A stretch of DNA of 64,000 nucleotides, from positions 62,001-126,000 of IMG/VR virus record IMGVR_UViG_3300030019_000003; one strand, given 5' to 3'. This document shows positions 10,901 to 20,429 of this stretch, piece by piece. A program made the position numbers and the translations under genes. The first letter of the stretch is position 1; each line of letters begins with the position of its first letter. The notes beneath the pieces are model-generated. The model was not told the DNA's origin, did no database searches, and saw nothing but the letters and a program-made list of their open reading frames with translations.

Positions 10901-12116
10901 TAAGAAAATAATGAAAAATCAGTACGTTACATTGGCACTTACTACGGATGGTGTCTTATACGGTAAGGGTTCAAATATGCAGGGTGGACTAGGTGCCGGG
11001 CCATATTCATTAACCTATACTAATTTCACACCACTTGGTATGACTGATGTCGTAGATTTCTGTTTAAGTTACACTTCCACATTTGTACTTAAATGGGACG
11101 GGACTGTTTATGTAACAGGTGGTAATGATAATGGTGAATTAGGTATTAATGCTATTGATGAATATGGCGATACCGTGACAGTATACGGGTTCACACCTAT
11201 AAGTATTAAAGCAACAGCTATAGCCGCAGGGTATAATAACTTTGCTATGATAGGAACAGCTGGCGATGTTTATGTTGCCGGATCAAATCAATATAATGCT
11301 TTTTTAAATAGTGGTTTTGCAAACGGCAATGATGATAATCATCCCGCATTAACACTGCTACCATTTAAAGCAACAGCTATAGCATTAAGCAGGCATAACC
11401 TAGTGATGATAAACCAAAGTGGTTTTTTAGTCGGCACAGGCGTTGGTAAATATCTTGGGGTTGGTTCTACAGAAGGGTATAGTTCTAATATAACTACTAG
11501 TATTAAACCTAAATATATAGTAGCGGGCGAGAGTTGTACTGGGTATATTACAGATACTGATGACTTTTACGTATCTGGCAGTAATACCGCCGGTGCTATT
11601 ATAAATACTAATATATGTGATACCGTTACTATACTATCTACATATACATTAGTGGCATCTGGTATTAAAACTATTAATATTAATGGTTATAACATGTTTG
11701 CTGCTAGTTATACTGGAGAAATTATAGGATCTGGTACCAATGGTTCAAAACTTCTAGGTAACACTGGACCATCTACGTCACAGCCATTTAAAAGAATAAC
11801 AAACTCTCTTACGGATCCTGATAGTAATCTTACAGCGAAATTTAATTATCGTGATAAGTATTACAGTGTTTATACGATTACGGTTGATACACCATTCCCT
11901 AGTATACCAACTTCATTGCACATCTTACCGAAGATGGAAATAGAAGGTATCGTGGATACAGTTAGTATAACAGGTGCCGTTACTAGTTCTGGTGTTGTTA
12001 CTTCAACATTTGCTACTACCGAATTTTCTCCAGTTGAGGCTGCTAGATTATTCTTTAGAACGCATCGTAAAGCAGCAATTACAAGTTTAAATTGTTCTTT
12101 CTATACAGTAAGTTAG
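7917..12116 (+). CDS. Large tail fibre-like protein with Fn3/Ig modules and two propeller regions (second clearly RCC1-like)
   Basis: GQHLSTEWKIALDANF module shared with neighbours; GGNDNGELG, GSNMQGGLG and GINTYSQLG repeats. Confidence 0.75.
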   Translation: MSKGLKIKSVGGGSLTIKPSDSADVVITLPENGGDLAGESDLTAGIDAIVSTTVSSVAFIEKPAVTSPLLDAIDFTGVITTTPFKTIGNYKGQHLSTEWKIALDANFTNMVLDSTDIINLEAITIAAGIGVKYFIKCRYNTPLYVSEWSGVVSATGKGIIIDAPVLNTVPISAIDQNGFPYKDVRFRDISGYGYTEKDGVALTSYGLYFIYGTSLADLNTKIAAFDAGTATWESLSPVNNNMTIVPNSYVSTVITPDYNQTLYVAAGYTAVYGASAVLHGKFSSPFTITGLTQLVVPVVAGDSIGYEFNTSTLTISNYSSKTDLQGYTINVTLGSIVRTGNTLKWSLPAVTADTQATITISNYSLTSAVATSPVYSKTITAKNVNGTITTNWVEDVYRLRSGNLIARTAADTHNGATAGAAMVDILNHTKTSTTSTLYVDDRGFKIKSGDMLINEIGDEVIVDTVVDDGVREYVFDNTTSKIYADNTHGNAASTGCVVKSDGTLYYGAFTKYNPSVQFNAEEGKKYLDDTCNFIKLPFKAKYVYFNSHIAGSGYAIDSTGCLWTIGNTAPFFYATGYTTPTMNTWRKTQTIVIDFYNRWIIGNDNNMYDVFATNITAIAVRVWRIVRGSNADLPVIGCISTEANTLYVKGINTYSQLGTGNNTTAANFVSTGLSVVDAVFVGDENNIYGTVCIEQTTNLVKVAGTNSLFQFGALLATSTTYLNFTSLGIHATHLYYLIYGHALQTVSNGLYISPNAIDPVNATYNSTIGWKTTALACTDLNSYAALMSDGYWYANDSSRDGCWYGKGDSRANYKITPNANFTTPTGVFGRISDLNPYKPNLYVTSKTPYFAAVPKRLFVADTQFNIYVDKHTNTATNIKQIGCSYSELYMNILYKYPLTVTNTNTTTSFRVNGKEIDVNVGDRVVDVNGNIRNVAAVSKSTLTKQPFCPSIGQNIITSTDFNSFISASDKTYEFKTNGYYDEGSVEGISPYPLVFKKIMKNQYVTLALTTDGVLYGKGSNMQGGLGAGPYSLTYTNFTPLGMTDVVDFCLSYTSTFVLKWDGTVYVTGGNDNGELGINAIDEYGDTVTVYGFTPISIKATAIAAGYNNFAMIGTAGDVYVAGSNQYNAFLNSGFANGNDDNHPALTLLPFKATAIALSRHNLVMINQSGFLVGTGVGKYLGVGSTEGYSSNITTSIKPKYIVAGESCTGYITDTDDFYVSGSNTAGAIINTNICDTVTILSTYTLVASGIKTININGYNMFAASYTGEIIGSGTNGSKLLGNTGPSTSQPFKRITNSLTDPDSNLTAKFNYRDKYYSVYTITVDTPFPSIPTSLHILPKMEIEGIVDTVSITGAVTSSGVVTSTFATTEFSPVEAARLFFRTHRKAAITSLNCSFYTVS

Positions 12117-12134
12117 CGGGGTAATTCCCCGCTA
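12114..12134 (+). terminator. Stem-loop overlapping stop codon
   Basis: TAGCGGGG-TAATT-CCCCGCTA. Confidence 0.5.
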
Positions 12135-12151
12135 TAATTTAAGGATCATAT

Positions 12152-13750
12152 ATGCAAATAAAAACAAATGGAAACATTTCAAACATCAATATCGGATCTA
12201 TTCCAGATGATAGAGAGATCATTTTTAGCTCAAGTTCGATATCTCCTATTACTAAAAGTACTTTGGGTATTAAACTTAGTGGTTTAACTATAAAGAATAC
12301 TGTGGTGACTTCTCCTATTTCACAACCAGAGATTATTGATTCTGAGAAATTAGGATATGTATCTACATCTTCTTATGCTGTGAGCGACGGTTTTGTAGAA
12401 CCCCATGTTAGTACAAGTTGGATCATTAGTTCTACATTAGATAAAGCAACTGCTGGAAATGGTGATATCGCCAATGTTGCTAAATCAACAAGTTATTTAA
12501 CAGATTTTCCTAATAGTTTATTAAACTATGGTGGCACGTATTTTGTTAAAGCAAAACATCATAGTGCGAGTTATGACTCCGATTGGTCTATTGTTAAAGA
12601 AGTTAGTATTACTGATAAGTATATACAAACACCAACCATAACACTTGTTGATTCTAACATACTCGCGGCAACTCTCTCACCAGTTTTAACAATTACGGCA
12701 TTTAGAGCTGAAGGATTTACAGATACTCTTAAGGCTATTACTGTATTAGTAAGTGAAGATAGTAACTTTACATATGGCGTACCTTATACGGTAACAACAC
12801 CAACGATTACCTTAGAAGCATTAACACCTGGTACTGAGTATTTTGTTAAAGCAAAAATGCTTGGAGAGACACTAGAATCTGAATGGTCAGATGTTATTAG
12901 TTTTACAACAATGTTTAAAACAGAGAAGCCAGTTATAACAGGTGATACATCAGGATATGAAAACAACGTAGTTGTTATTACGATTACTAATTATAACCCT
13001 GAATTGTTATATTCTATATCTTTAACAGGTGGAACCAGTGAACAAGATGGTGATAAGATAAATTGGAAGTTACCTGTTGTTAATACTACAATCGATACCT
13101 ATACTGAAACACATACTTTACAAGTTGTAGCTTTGAATCTCAAAGATTCATTAGGCTTAAGCGATATTACAAGTCATGATGTGCTGGTAATGAATATTCC
13201 TGCCAGTGTAGACTATTTGTTTAATTATCCTACAGTTATGGTAAATGGATTTCATTCTGCTGTTTCAGGTATGAATAAATTTATAACAACAAAAACGATT
13301 GATCAACCAGAAAGTGATACTCCATTTGTTTCTGTTAGAGATATTATCTGTGTCGAAAATGCTGTTACGATACTTGATCCGTTACGTAGAAGTTTTGGGC
13401 CTACGACTATTTTTAACTATAATGAAAGTGTCTATATTCCTAAAGCAGGTGATATTCTCTTTACAGATACGAGTGCAATGTTATACGTTCTAAGTGTTGA
13501 TATTGAGAATAAAACATTTACAGTTAACAATGAGGTGGCAGTTTACAGTAAGATATTTAAACCTGCTAGTATGAATATAGGTATAGATACAGCTACTATA
13601 GTAAGAGCTTCTTATGTTGATGGTTTATTACAAACTTACTATGGTGAACTTGTAGTAGAAGAGACGTACTCATTAACACTTATTGTCGAGACATTAACTG
13701 GAAACACTGTTATGAATGTTTCTGGATCAATTTGTAAGAAGGCGGTGTAA
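12152..13750 (+). CDS. Fn3/Ig-like virion protein, paralog of neighbouring fibres, lacking RCC1 repeats
   Basis: HVSTSWIIS, YFVKAK...SDWS, PVITGDTSGYE motifs shared with 2757, 7917 and 13752. Confidence 0.7.
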   Translation: MQIKTNGNISNINIGSIPDDREIIFSSSSISPITKSTLGIKLSGLTIKNTVVTSPISQPEIIDSEKLGYVSTSSYAVSDGFVEPHVSTSWIISSTLDKATAGNGDIANVAKSTSYLTDFPNSLLNYGGTYFVKAKHHSASYDSDWSIVKEVSITDKYIQTPTITLVDSNILAATLSPVLTITAFRAEGFTDTLKAITVLVSEDSNFTYGVPYTVTTPTITLEALTPGTEYFVKAKMLGETLESEWSDVISFTTMFKTEKPVITGDTSGYENNVVVITITNYNPELLYSISLTGGTSEQDGDKINWKLPVVNTTIDTYTETHTLQVVALNLKDSLGLSDITSHDVLVMNIPASVDYLFNYPTVMVNGFHSAVSGMNKFITTKTIDQPESDTPFVSVRDIICVENAVTILDPLRRSFGPTTIFNYNESVYIPKAGDILFTDTSAMLYVLSVDIENKTFTVNNEVAVYSKIFKPASMNIGIDTATIVRASYVDGLLQTYYGELVVEETYSLTLIVETLTGNTVMNVSGSICKKAV

Positions 13751-13751
13751 T

Positions 13752-15620
13752 ATGGGTAACATACTCTTATACGGAGATAATAATAAAAACACTACAACTA
13801 TTATTGTTCCAGCAGCAGGCGGGGATTATATATTCCCAACTACTAATTTAGTATCAGAAGATTCTGCTGCTTTAGAAGTAGTGAAACGAACAAATGATGT
13901 TTTAGTAAAAGTAGGTGGAATATCTAAACCAAGTATCATAACTCCCCTTGTTGGTATATTAGGATTTACAGGTTATGTAAAAACTGATGATTTTAGTTTA
14001 ACAGGATCTTATAAAGGTCAACATGTTAATACTGATTGGGAGTTAGGTTTAGATCCAGATTTTGTAAATCTTATGGATAGTAGTTATAACAATGCTACTG
14101 ATTTAACGGCACATACATTTAAAATAACAGATCCAAGTTATAAAGTATATGTAAGATGTAGATTTAGATCTGGTACATATACCAGTGATTGGTCTGATAC
14201 TGTTCAAGTCACAACGGTGAATGCCTATATTGCTACTCCTGCTTTAACAGCAACGGATACCAGTGATGCTAGTAATCATTTGTTTACTATTAACGGAACA
14301 GTATTCGCACCTGTTAACGTTGATATGGAAGCTCATATTAAAACACGATGGGTTGTTAGTTTAGACAGTGATTTTAAAACAACTCTGTATGATGTTAAAA
14401 CAACAGATTTAGTATCAACTGTTTTAGGTAAAACAGGATCTATTAATATTGAACTTCTTAGAGGTAAGACTTACTATGTCAAATGTAAATACATGGGTGA
14501 ATTTTATAACAGCGGGTGGTCTAATACGGTAATTATTTCTGTAAAGGCTATAACAATTGCCCCAGTTGTAACAGGTCCAGCCTATGGCGTAGAGGGTACT
14601 ACGGTTAATGTTATTATTAACAATTTTAATCCTAACTATAAGTATACGGTATTAAAACAAACAGGTAGCTACGTTATAGACAGCGGAGTCATTAGTTATA
14701 CTTTACCCTATGTTGACAATGATACTGACATTACTTTATCTGTTATTGCAGAAGATGTTATAGCAGGTAGTTTAGAATCACCACATACTGATTTTAAAAT
14801 CAGAGTTCTTAATAGAGCTTTTGTAGCTGATACTAGTTTAGTATTTGATCCTACCACGTTCTCTACAGCTATTGGTAAAACAAATATGAGTTTTGTTACT
14901 AGTGGTATGACGTTTAACAAGAATATTAATATTTTCAATAATCATCTTGTTTCTTCTAAAGATGTTATTTGGATTAACAATAAACTTATTAATCTTAAAC
15001 CAGGTGATATTCTTATAGATGATTTAAAAAATGAGATTATTGTTGGCACTGTTAAGTTTGCTGGTGATTATATCAATACTAATGGTGGGTATTATGGAAC
15101 CTATTGGATAGTTCCTGCTATACCTATAGATAGAGTTCCGTTAACACTTTATTTAAAGCATGGTCGAGCTGTGAGTAATATCGCTATGCAAAGTATTACA
15201 GAAAAAGACTTTGTAGGCTTTGGGTCATTTACCGTAACTGAATCAACCAGTAACGCATTGGTTTCAGTATCAGATGATAGAAAAACATTAACGTTAAATA
15301 TTCAACCTTTTGTGGATATGGTATTGCATACTAATCTTGATACTTATTTAGTAGCTACTACTAACGATGTTGATGGTAAGGTAACATTAAATGATCCGTT
15401 AGACCAGGGCGTTACTGTTATTAATGCATTAACATCAGTGGTCATTAATAATGAGTCTGCGACACCTCTAAGTTCTACTTATAGTAATGATGGTTTAACT
15501 ATGACAACTACATTTGCTGCGGGTGAGCTTATTAGTACACGAACACTTCTTGTTGAGTTTGAAGTTCCTAACAATCATACTCTTGAGATTGTTAATATTC
15601 CTATTACTAAACAAGGGTAA
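13752..15620 (+). CDS. Fn3/Ig-like virion protein, paralog of neighbouring fibres, lacking RCC1 repeats
   Basis: Start moved to ATG 13752 (AAGGCGG upstream); GQHVNTDWELGLDPDF, YVRCRF...SDWS motifs. Confidence 0.7.
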   Translation: MGNILLYGDNNKNTTTIIVPAAGGDYIFPTTNLVSEDSAALEVVKRTNDVLVKVGGISKPSIITPLVGILGFTGYVKTDDFSLTGSYKGQHVNTDWELGLDPDFVNLMDSSYNNATDLTAHTFKITDPSYKVYVRCRFRSGTYTSDWSDTVQVTTVNAYIATPALTATDTSDASNHLFTINGTVFAPVNVDMEAHIKTRWVVSLDSDFKTTLYDVKTTDLVSTVLGKTGSINIELLRGKTYYVKCKYMGEFYNSGWSNTVIISVKAITIAPVVTGPAYGVEGTTVNVIINNFNPNYKYTVLKQTGSYVIDSGVISYTLPYVDNDTDITLSVIAEDVIAGSLESPHTDFKIRVLNRAFVADTSLVFDPTTFSTAIGKTNMSFVTSGMTFNKNINIFNNHLVSSKDVIWINNKLINLKPGDILIDDLKNEIIVGTVKFAGDYINTNGGYYGTYWIVPAIPIDRVPLTLYLKHGRAVSNIAMQSITEKDFVGFGSFTVTESTSNALVSVSDDRKTLTLNIQPFVDMVLHTNLDTYLVATTNDVDGKVTLNDPLDQGVTVINALTSVVINNESATPLSSTYSNDGLTMTTTFAAGELISTRTLLVEFEVPNNHTLEIVNIPITKQG

Positions 15621-15664
15621 CTATAGAGCGCAACTGCGCTCTATAGTCTCTTTTTAATTTTTTA
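15620..15664 (+). terminator. Stem-loop plus T-rich tract
   Basis: ACTATAGAGCGCA-AC-TGCGCTCTATAGT then CTCTTTTTAATTTTTT. Confidence 0.75.
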
Positions 15665-15686
15665 ATCTTAATATAAAGGAAGTAAA

Positions 15687-16364
15687 ATGGTAGATATTAC
15701 AAATATAGATAGTAAGATAGCTAGCATCAGTGACAAGTATAAATATGTTTTAGATTATCTAAAAGATGCAGAAGGTAATGTTGTTGAACGTAATCCAGGC
15801 GAATCTGATATTACTGCACCTTTAGGTGTTTATAGAAAAGAACATCCTAATGCTGATGTGTTTGTGTACATCGATAGTGTTGCTAAAGCAGTAACAAGTG
15901 ATCCATCAACAGCATGGAGCGCTTCTACTATTGCTAAGGTAGATAGTTTAGTAGATAAGAAAGTATGTTATTATTTAGCATATCTTTATTACAGTGATTT
16001 TTATAAATCTGCCGCATTAGATTATTATGATGCTGAAGTAGCTATTGCTATTGTTAGTATTTATGCTAATAGTCCATTGCTATGTAACACATCAGTTCAA
16101 AAAGCGGTTAACACCATGGGTGTTAAGAATTATATACATCTTGATAATGGCCCTCTTAAAGTAGATGGCGGTGTTGGTTCTGGTACTAAAAGTGAACTAA
16201 CTGAAATTGATGGATTATCAAAAGATGTTAATTACTCTTTTAGACTTTTGATTCTTCACCATGTTAAAACAGGATACCTTACATTATATCTTGGTAATAT
16301 TGATAAATTTTGTACCTTTATTAAAGGTTGGTTTAATCGTGTTGATAACTTATTAGCACTATAA
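15687..16364 (+). CDS. GH108-like lysozyme / endolysin with C-terminal PG-binding domain
   Basis: AEG...PGESDIT..LGV resembles the GH108 EGG...DPGGxTxxGIT motif; LKVDGGVGSGT; terminal FIKGWFNRV typical of the PG_binding_3 end. Confidence 0.65.
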   Translation: MVDITNIDSKIASISDKYKYVLDYLKDAEGNVVERNPGESDITAPLGVYRKEHPNADVFVYIDSVAKAVTSDPSTAWSASTIAKVDSLVDKKVCYYLAYLYYSDFYKSAALDYYDAEVAIAIVSIYANSPLLCNTSVQKAVNTMGVKNYIHLDNGPLKVDGGVGSGTKSELTEIDGLSKDVNYSFRLLILHHVKTGYLTLYLGNIDKFCTFIKGWFNRVDNLLAL

Positions 16365-16373
16365 GGAAATAGT

Positions 16374-16757
16374 ATGGGTGATACAGTAACCACAACAACA
16401 ACTGCAGCTGAAACAGCTGTAGAAAATAATTACCCTTATTCTTCAGCAACAGGATTAGATCCAACTGTAGGAGTAACAGATGGTGTAGTAGATGTTACTA
16501 CACGTATACGTAGACCGAACTTTGAAACAATAGCTCAAAACCTAGCAGCATTTCCTTCTAGAGAATTATATCCTGAAGCTAATTTAAAAGTAAAAACATT
16601 CTATATAACAGCAACATCAACAATTACATTAACAACAGATTGGCGTGTTAAAGGCACTGTTGTTAAAACATTAGCAGGGGATACTGGTCTTACAACAGGG
16701 TTAACTAAAACCGTTGTAAGAGTTAAAGGTAAGGTTAAGGATACGGTTTACAGCTAA
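16374..16757 (+). CDS. Hypothetical Thr-rich protein (putative virion protein)
   Basis: 127-aa ORF, AAGGA SD, structural-module context. Confidence 0.55.
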   Translation: MGDTVTTTTTAAETAVENNYPYSSATGLDPTVGVTDGVVDVTTRIRRPNFETIAQNLAAFPSRELYPEANLKVKTFYITATSTITLTTDWRVKGTVVKTLAGDTGLTTGLTKTVVRVKGKVKDTVYS

Positions 16758-16821
16758 ACCATTTTAAATGAGACATATTGTCTAACATTACGTAATGATT
16801 ATGATTAAAAAGAGGTGAGAA

Positions 16822-18105
16822 ATGGCAGGAATTTCATTTACTACTGAGGCAGTTATTGTTGATGGTGTAAGTACTAGTTTCGCAGGACTCTATAGCGCAT
16901 CACAAGCTGCAGGAAATACGTTAGTTACAAAGTCAGGTAGTATTTATGTGGTTAACGCTAATATTGTTTTAAAGAATAATGCTAAGTTATCAGATACCTC
17001 TAAAACGGTCTCTATTCTAGGCGAGTCATTCGATATACAATATGGGTCTACGTTTCAAGTCGGTACCAAATACAGTAACTCATCTGTAGGCAATGGCTGT
17101 ACCATTTCGATGCCTAACCTCATAAATGAATATGGCTTTGGAGGTCTTGATCCGACTAACTCCGGTAACTTTTTATGTTATGGGTCGATAGTAGATGCTT
17201 ATTGTTATTGGAGCTTCTTTAAGGGAACTAACATTGTTGATATCATTCAGTCTACGATTGACGGTTATGGTAGGGTCTCTGGTCCTACTAGTGCATTACG
17301 CACAGTAACTATTAGACGTGCTCATGGTAAATACGGTGCTTTGTTACCTTCTGATAATATAGCAGCCTACAGCAATGTAACCATTCTAGACGTTGATGCT
17401 TATAATGTTGCTGACGATTTACCGGATTTAAGAAACCTATATACATTAGATGGTAATACTAGCACGACATCGTCGAGCATAGATATTTACTATGTTGATG
17501 CGAAATATGCCTATTCAGACTTGTTAACTGTTTTGGATTCAGAAGTAAGTAAACCCATTAAGTTATATGGCGGAAGCGTTGATAATGGGTATAACATTTC
17601 TAGATCGGATCCTAACAAGAATGACTTTTATCATTTGTTAAAGTTTTCACCGTATATTCAAAATACGGATGGTGTTAGATTAACAAAGATACCTGTTGTT
17701 ATTAAAAACAAGTTAGGGGTTGTTGAATTCAGTGGTGTCACAGGTGATGACGGTTCCATAGACGTGTGGCTAACCCGATATCAAGATCTAGCAGGTCCAA
17801 CTGTTGGAGAGTACCTTACGCCGCATACAGTAACAGTTACCTATAACGGTGAGGATATAGTTTCAATTGTTAATATGACTGATAACTTAGAGGATTTTCC
17901 TTTAATTATGCACCCACAGTTGACTATTAATTCTGACAGTTTAGCGACATTGCTTACAAGTGTTGTTATGGCGGCTAATACGAAGTTAGAAGAAGATCTA
18001 GGTCTTATTTCAAATGCTACTAATACAATCTTATTAGCAGTGAGTGATAAAGTAACGGCTACAGATACTATTCTTAAGCGTAATGGTATTACTATAAAGT
18101 TATAA
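16822..18105 (+). CDS. Putative virion protein (beta-rich N-terminus, Ig-like domain, C-terminal helix)
   Basis: GAGGTG SD; TGDDGSI...HTVTVT Ig/prealbumin-like motif. Confidence 0.55.
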   Translation: MAGISFTTEAVIVDGVSTSFAGLYSASQAAGNTLVTKSGSIYVVNANIVLKNNAKLSDTSKTVSILGESFDIQYGSTFQVGTKYSNSSVGNGCTISMPNLINEYGFGGLDPTNSGNFLCYGSIVDAYCYWSFFKGTNIVDIIQSTIDGYGRVSGPTSALRTVTIRRAHGKYGALLPSDNIAAYSNVTILDVDAYNVADDLPDLRNLYTLDGNTSTTSSSIDIYYVDAKYAYSDLLTVLDSEVSKPIKLYGGSVDNGYNISRSDPNKNDFYHLLKFSPYIQNTDGVRLTKIPVVIKNKLGVVEFSGVTGDDGSIDVWLTRYQDLAGPTVGEYLTPHTVTVTYNGEDIVSIVNMTDNLEDFPLIMHPQLTINSDSLATLLTSVVMAANTKLEEDLGLISNATNTILLAVSDKVTATDTILKRNGITIKL

Positions 18106-18146
18106 AGTTATTTAATTTAAAAAACTCTTTTAAAAGGTATGACACA

Positions 18147-19175
18147 ATGAGAAAACAAAATATCCCTTTCGGAATTCTTATCGAACTTTCACCAGATGCA
18201 ACTGGCTTGGCTGCAACATTCCTAGCGAAATATCGTTTACAAAATGCAACAGGTGAATGGACAACTTTACCAGGTACATTTGTTGAACTTAAACCAGGTA
18301 CTTATGAACTTGCTGCAACATTTACAACTGTTGGTACATACAACGTTCTTCTAGAGTCTAGCGATGCAAGCATTGATAGTAACTCTATGGTTCTTGTTAT
18401 TGGTAAAGCAAGTATTGATGATGTTTATGACGTTGTTACTGCTGCAAGTACAGAGATCGGTCTTATCAAGGACAAAGTTAACTCTTTGGATACAACCGCA
18501 CTAAGTACAATTCAATCAGGTGTTTCTAACGCTATCTCATTGCTTAACGAATTAAGCAATATGGTTGGTAATACTGAAGTTGCAAGTATTACAGCTCTTA
18601 AAGACTTGTTGATCGCTATCGGTAATAGTGAAGATGCCCAAACTGGTCTTATCAATGCTATCAGAAGTATTTCTGACGGTATCAAAGAGATCTTGATGGG
18701 TCAAGATCAGTTCCTTGCTGATGGTACAACTCCAAACCCTAACTACCAAGCAACTAACGTTGAGCTTAAAGCTTTAATCGTTGCTTCTGTTGACGCTATG
18801 AAAGCTGATATCACTGCTGCTCAAGCTGCTATTATTGCAGATGCTCAAGCTACACGTGATCTTATCGTTACTAAACTTACAGGTGTTAAAACTGTAGTTG
18901 ACGCTAACGCAACTCTTCTTGGTGACAGTACCGCAGGTCTTGTTGCTATTAGAGCTGTTTTAGATCAAATCGCTACAAACACTGCAGGTGGAACAAATAC
19001 AATCATCGACGCATTGAACAATGCTGAGAATGGTCTTGCTGTTCTTAAAGCACAAACTGTTAGTATCCTTACAGCTATTGCTGGTGTTGATACTAAAGTA
19101 TCAAGTATTGCTACAGACGTTACAGCTCTTAAAGCAGCTGGTGGCGCTTCTACCAAGATTTCAGTCGTTATGTAA
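18147..19175 (+). CDS. Putative virion protein, Ig-like N-terminus plus long Ala-rich coiled coil
   Basis: PGTYELAATFTTVGTYNV Ig-like strands followed by heptad-rich helices. Confidence 0.6.
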   Translation: MRKQNIPFGILIELSPDATGLAATFLAKYRLQNATGEWTTLPGTFVELKPGTYELAATFTTVGTYNVLLESSDASIDSNSMVLVIGKASIDDVYDVVTAASTEIGLIKDKVNSLDTTALSTIQSGVSNAISLLNELSNMVGNTEVASITALKDLLIAIGNSEDAQTGLINAIRSISDGIKEILMGQDQFLADGTTPNPNYQATNVELKALIVASVDAMKADITAAQAAIIADAQATRDLIVTKLTGVKTVVDANATLLGDSTAGLVAIRAVLDQIATNTAGGTNTIIDALNNAENGLAVLKAQTVSILTAIAGVDTKVSSIATDVTALKAAGGASTKISVVM

Positions 19176-19182
19176 TCTTTCA

Positions 19183-19214
19183 ACACAGGGGTCACAACCC
19201 CTGTGTGATTTTTT
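19183..19214 (+). terminator. Stem-loop plus T-tract
   Basis: ACACAGGGGT-CACA-ACCCCTGTGT then GATTTTTT. Confidence 0.75.
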
Positions 19215-19231
19215 AAGTATAAAGGTGTCGT

Positions 19232-19621
19232 ATGAGCAGTATAATTTTCACATGGAATGAAAACACACAAAACATTATCACTATCACGGCTGATGCCACC
19301 GCTAAGATTAAGGCTGCTTATAAGAAAAGGGGTTCTTCGGTGGCCTTTAAAGAGATTAGTGAAGAGCCAACCTATCGCGGTGAGAATATCTGGGAGATAG
19401 CCACTTCCTTTAGTCTTGGAGAATACATTATCTGGGTAGAAGCAGAAATAACCGGTTCCACTTACGATGATTACAGTTTATTAAAAGTTATAACACCTGC
19501 AGATACTACTATAAACGATTCCTTATTAACATTGGAAGATAAAGTAAGTCTGTTAGAAGATGTTATCACATCGTTACAAGAAACAATAAAAGCAAAAACA
19601 AATATTAAAGCCGTAGGTTAA
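19232..19621 (+). CDS. Hypothetical protein, short paralog-like of 18147 (Ig-like plus coiled coil)
   Basis: WEIATSFSLGEYII resembles YELAATFTTVGTYNV of 18147; C-terminal heptads. Confidence 0.55.
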   Translation: MSSIIFTWNENTQNIITITADATAKIKAAYKKRGSSVAFKEISEEPTYRGENIWEIATSFSLGEYIIWVEAEITGSTYDDYSLLKVITPADTTINDSLLTLEDKVSLLEDVITSLQETIKAKTNIKAVG

Positions 19622-19625
19622 TACG

Positions 19626-20429
19626 ATGCGTTACAATAACACATTTAAAGTAACCGAAACCCCTACTATAGTATTACCAATAGCGATCAATTACCTTAGG
19701 GTAAAAGCGTATAAATACAGTCTTGTTGATGGGCTTATTTTGGTAGACTTAGTAGTTGATAAACAGAAGTTATTTAATTTTTTCACATTAACAAATGTTG
19801 AAGCAGATACCTATTACATTATAGTCTATACAGGTGGCTTTGAAGTTATACGTGTTGGTAATCCTCCTATATCTTATTTTGCCTATTGTGAGGATGTCAG
19901 TATTACAGAGTTACCTTATACTCAATATGACTATACTGGTAATATTATTAAATCTGGTACGTTAACAAAACTAACAGATTATGTTTATGGTATGTTAATA
20001 ACAGAGACTGTTAAAAGCTTTGTTACAACAGATAATACCTTAACAACAATTACCTTACCAAGCAAGTTTATATTAGCTAACAACTATTCACAAGGTGAAA
20101 TATTACTACAACGTGGTAGATGGCAGTTGATAGCAATACCCGAAGCAGGTAAAGTGAAAGATATCTTCTTAGATAGATTAGCTAAACAAGAAGGTGTTGA
20201 AGCATCAAGTATGATAGACTTTGTTAGTGCGTATCCTGGTAGTGTTAATAAGTATCTTACTTATGTACCTGGTTTTACCAGTACTACAAGTGAGCATAAT
20301 TTTGATCTTATGCTAGTAGATGCTGGGCATAAAGAGATAACAGGATTCTGGGTAAAGTGTAAAGAGTGGTCACATACAACATCTGATATCGTATTCTCTT
20401 GGAGTAATACTGAAAGTGAGGTTGTCTAA
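19626..20429 (+). CDS. Hypothetical virion-associated protein
   Basis: 267-aa ORF, translationally coupled (TAATG) to the next gene. Confidence 0.55.
   Translation: MRYNNTFKVTETPTIVLPIAINYLRVKAYKYSLVDGLILVDLVVDKQKLFNFFTLTNVEADTYYIIVYTGGFEVIRVGNPPISYFAYCEDVSITELPYTQYDYTGNIIKSGTLTKLTDYVYGMLITETVKSFVTTDNTLTTITLPSKFILANNYSQGEILLQRGRWQLIAIPEAGKVKDIFLDRLAKQEGVEASSMIDFVSAYPGSVNKYLTYVPGFTSTTSEHNFDLMLVDAGHKEITGFWVKCKEWSHTTSDIVFSWSNTESEVV

Noticed and set aside
1-12116. Diversity-generating retroelement acting on RCC1 fibres
   Set aside because: No reverse transcriptase in the window and no TR/VR pair differing only at adenines; the repeats are divergent at the DNA level
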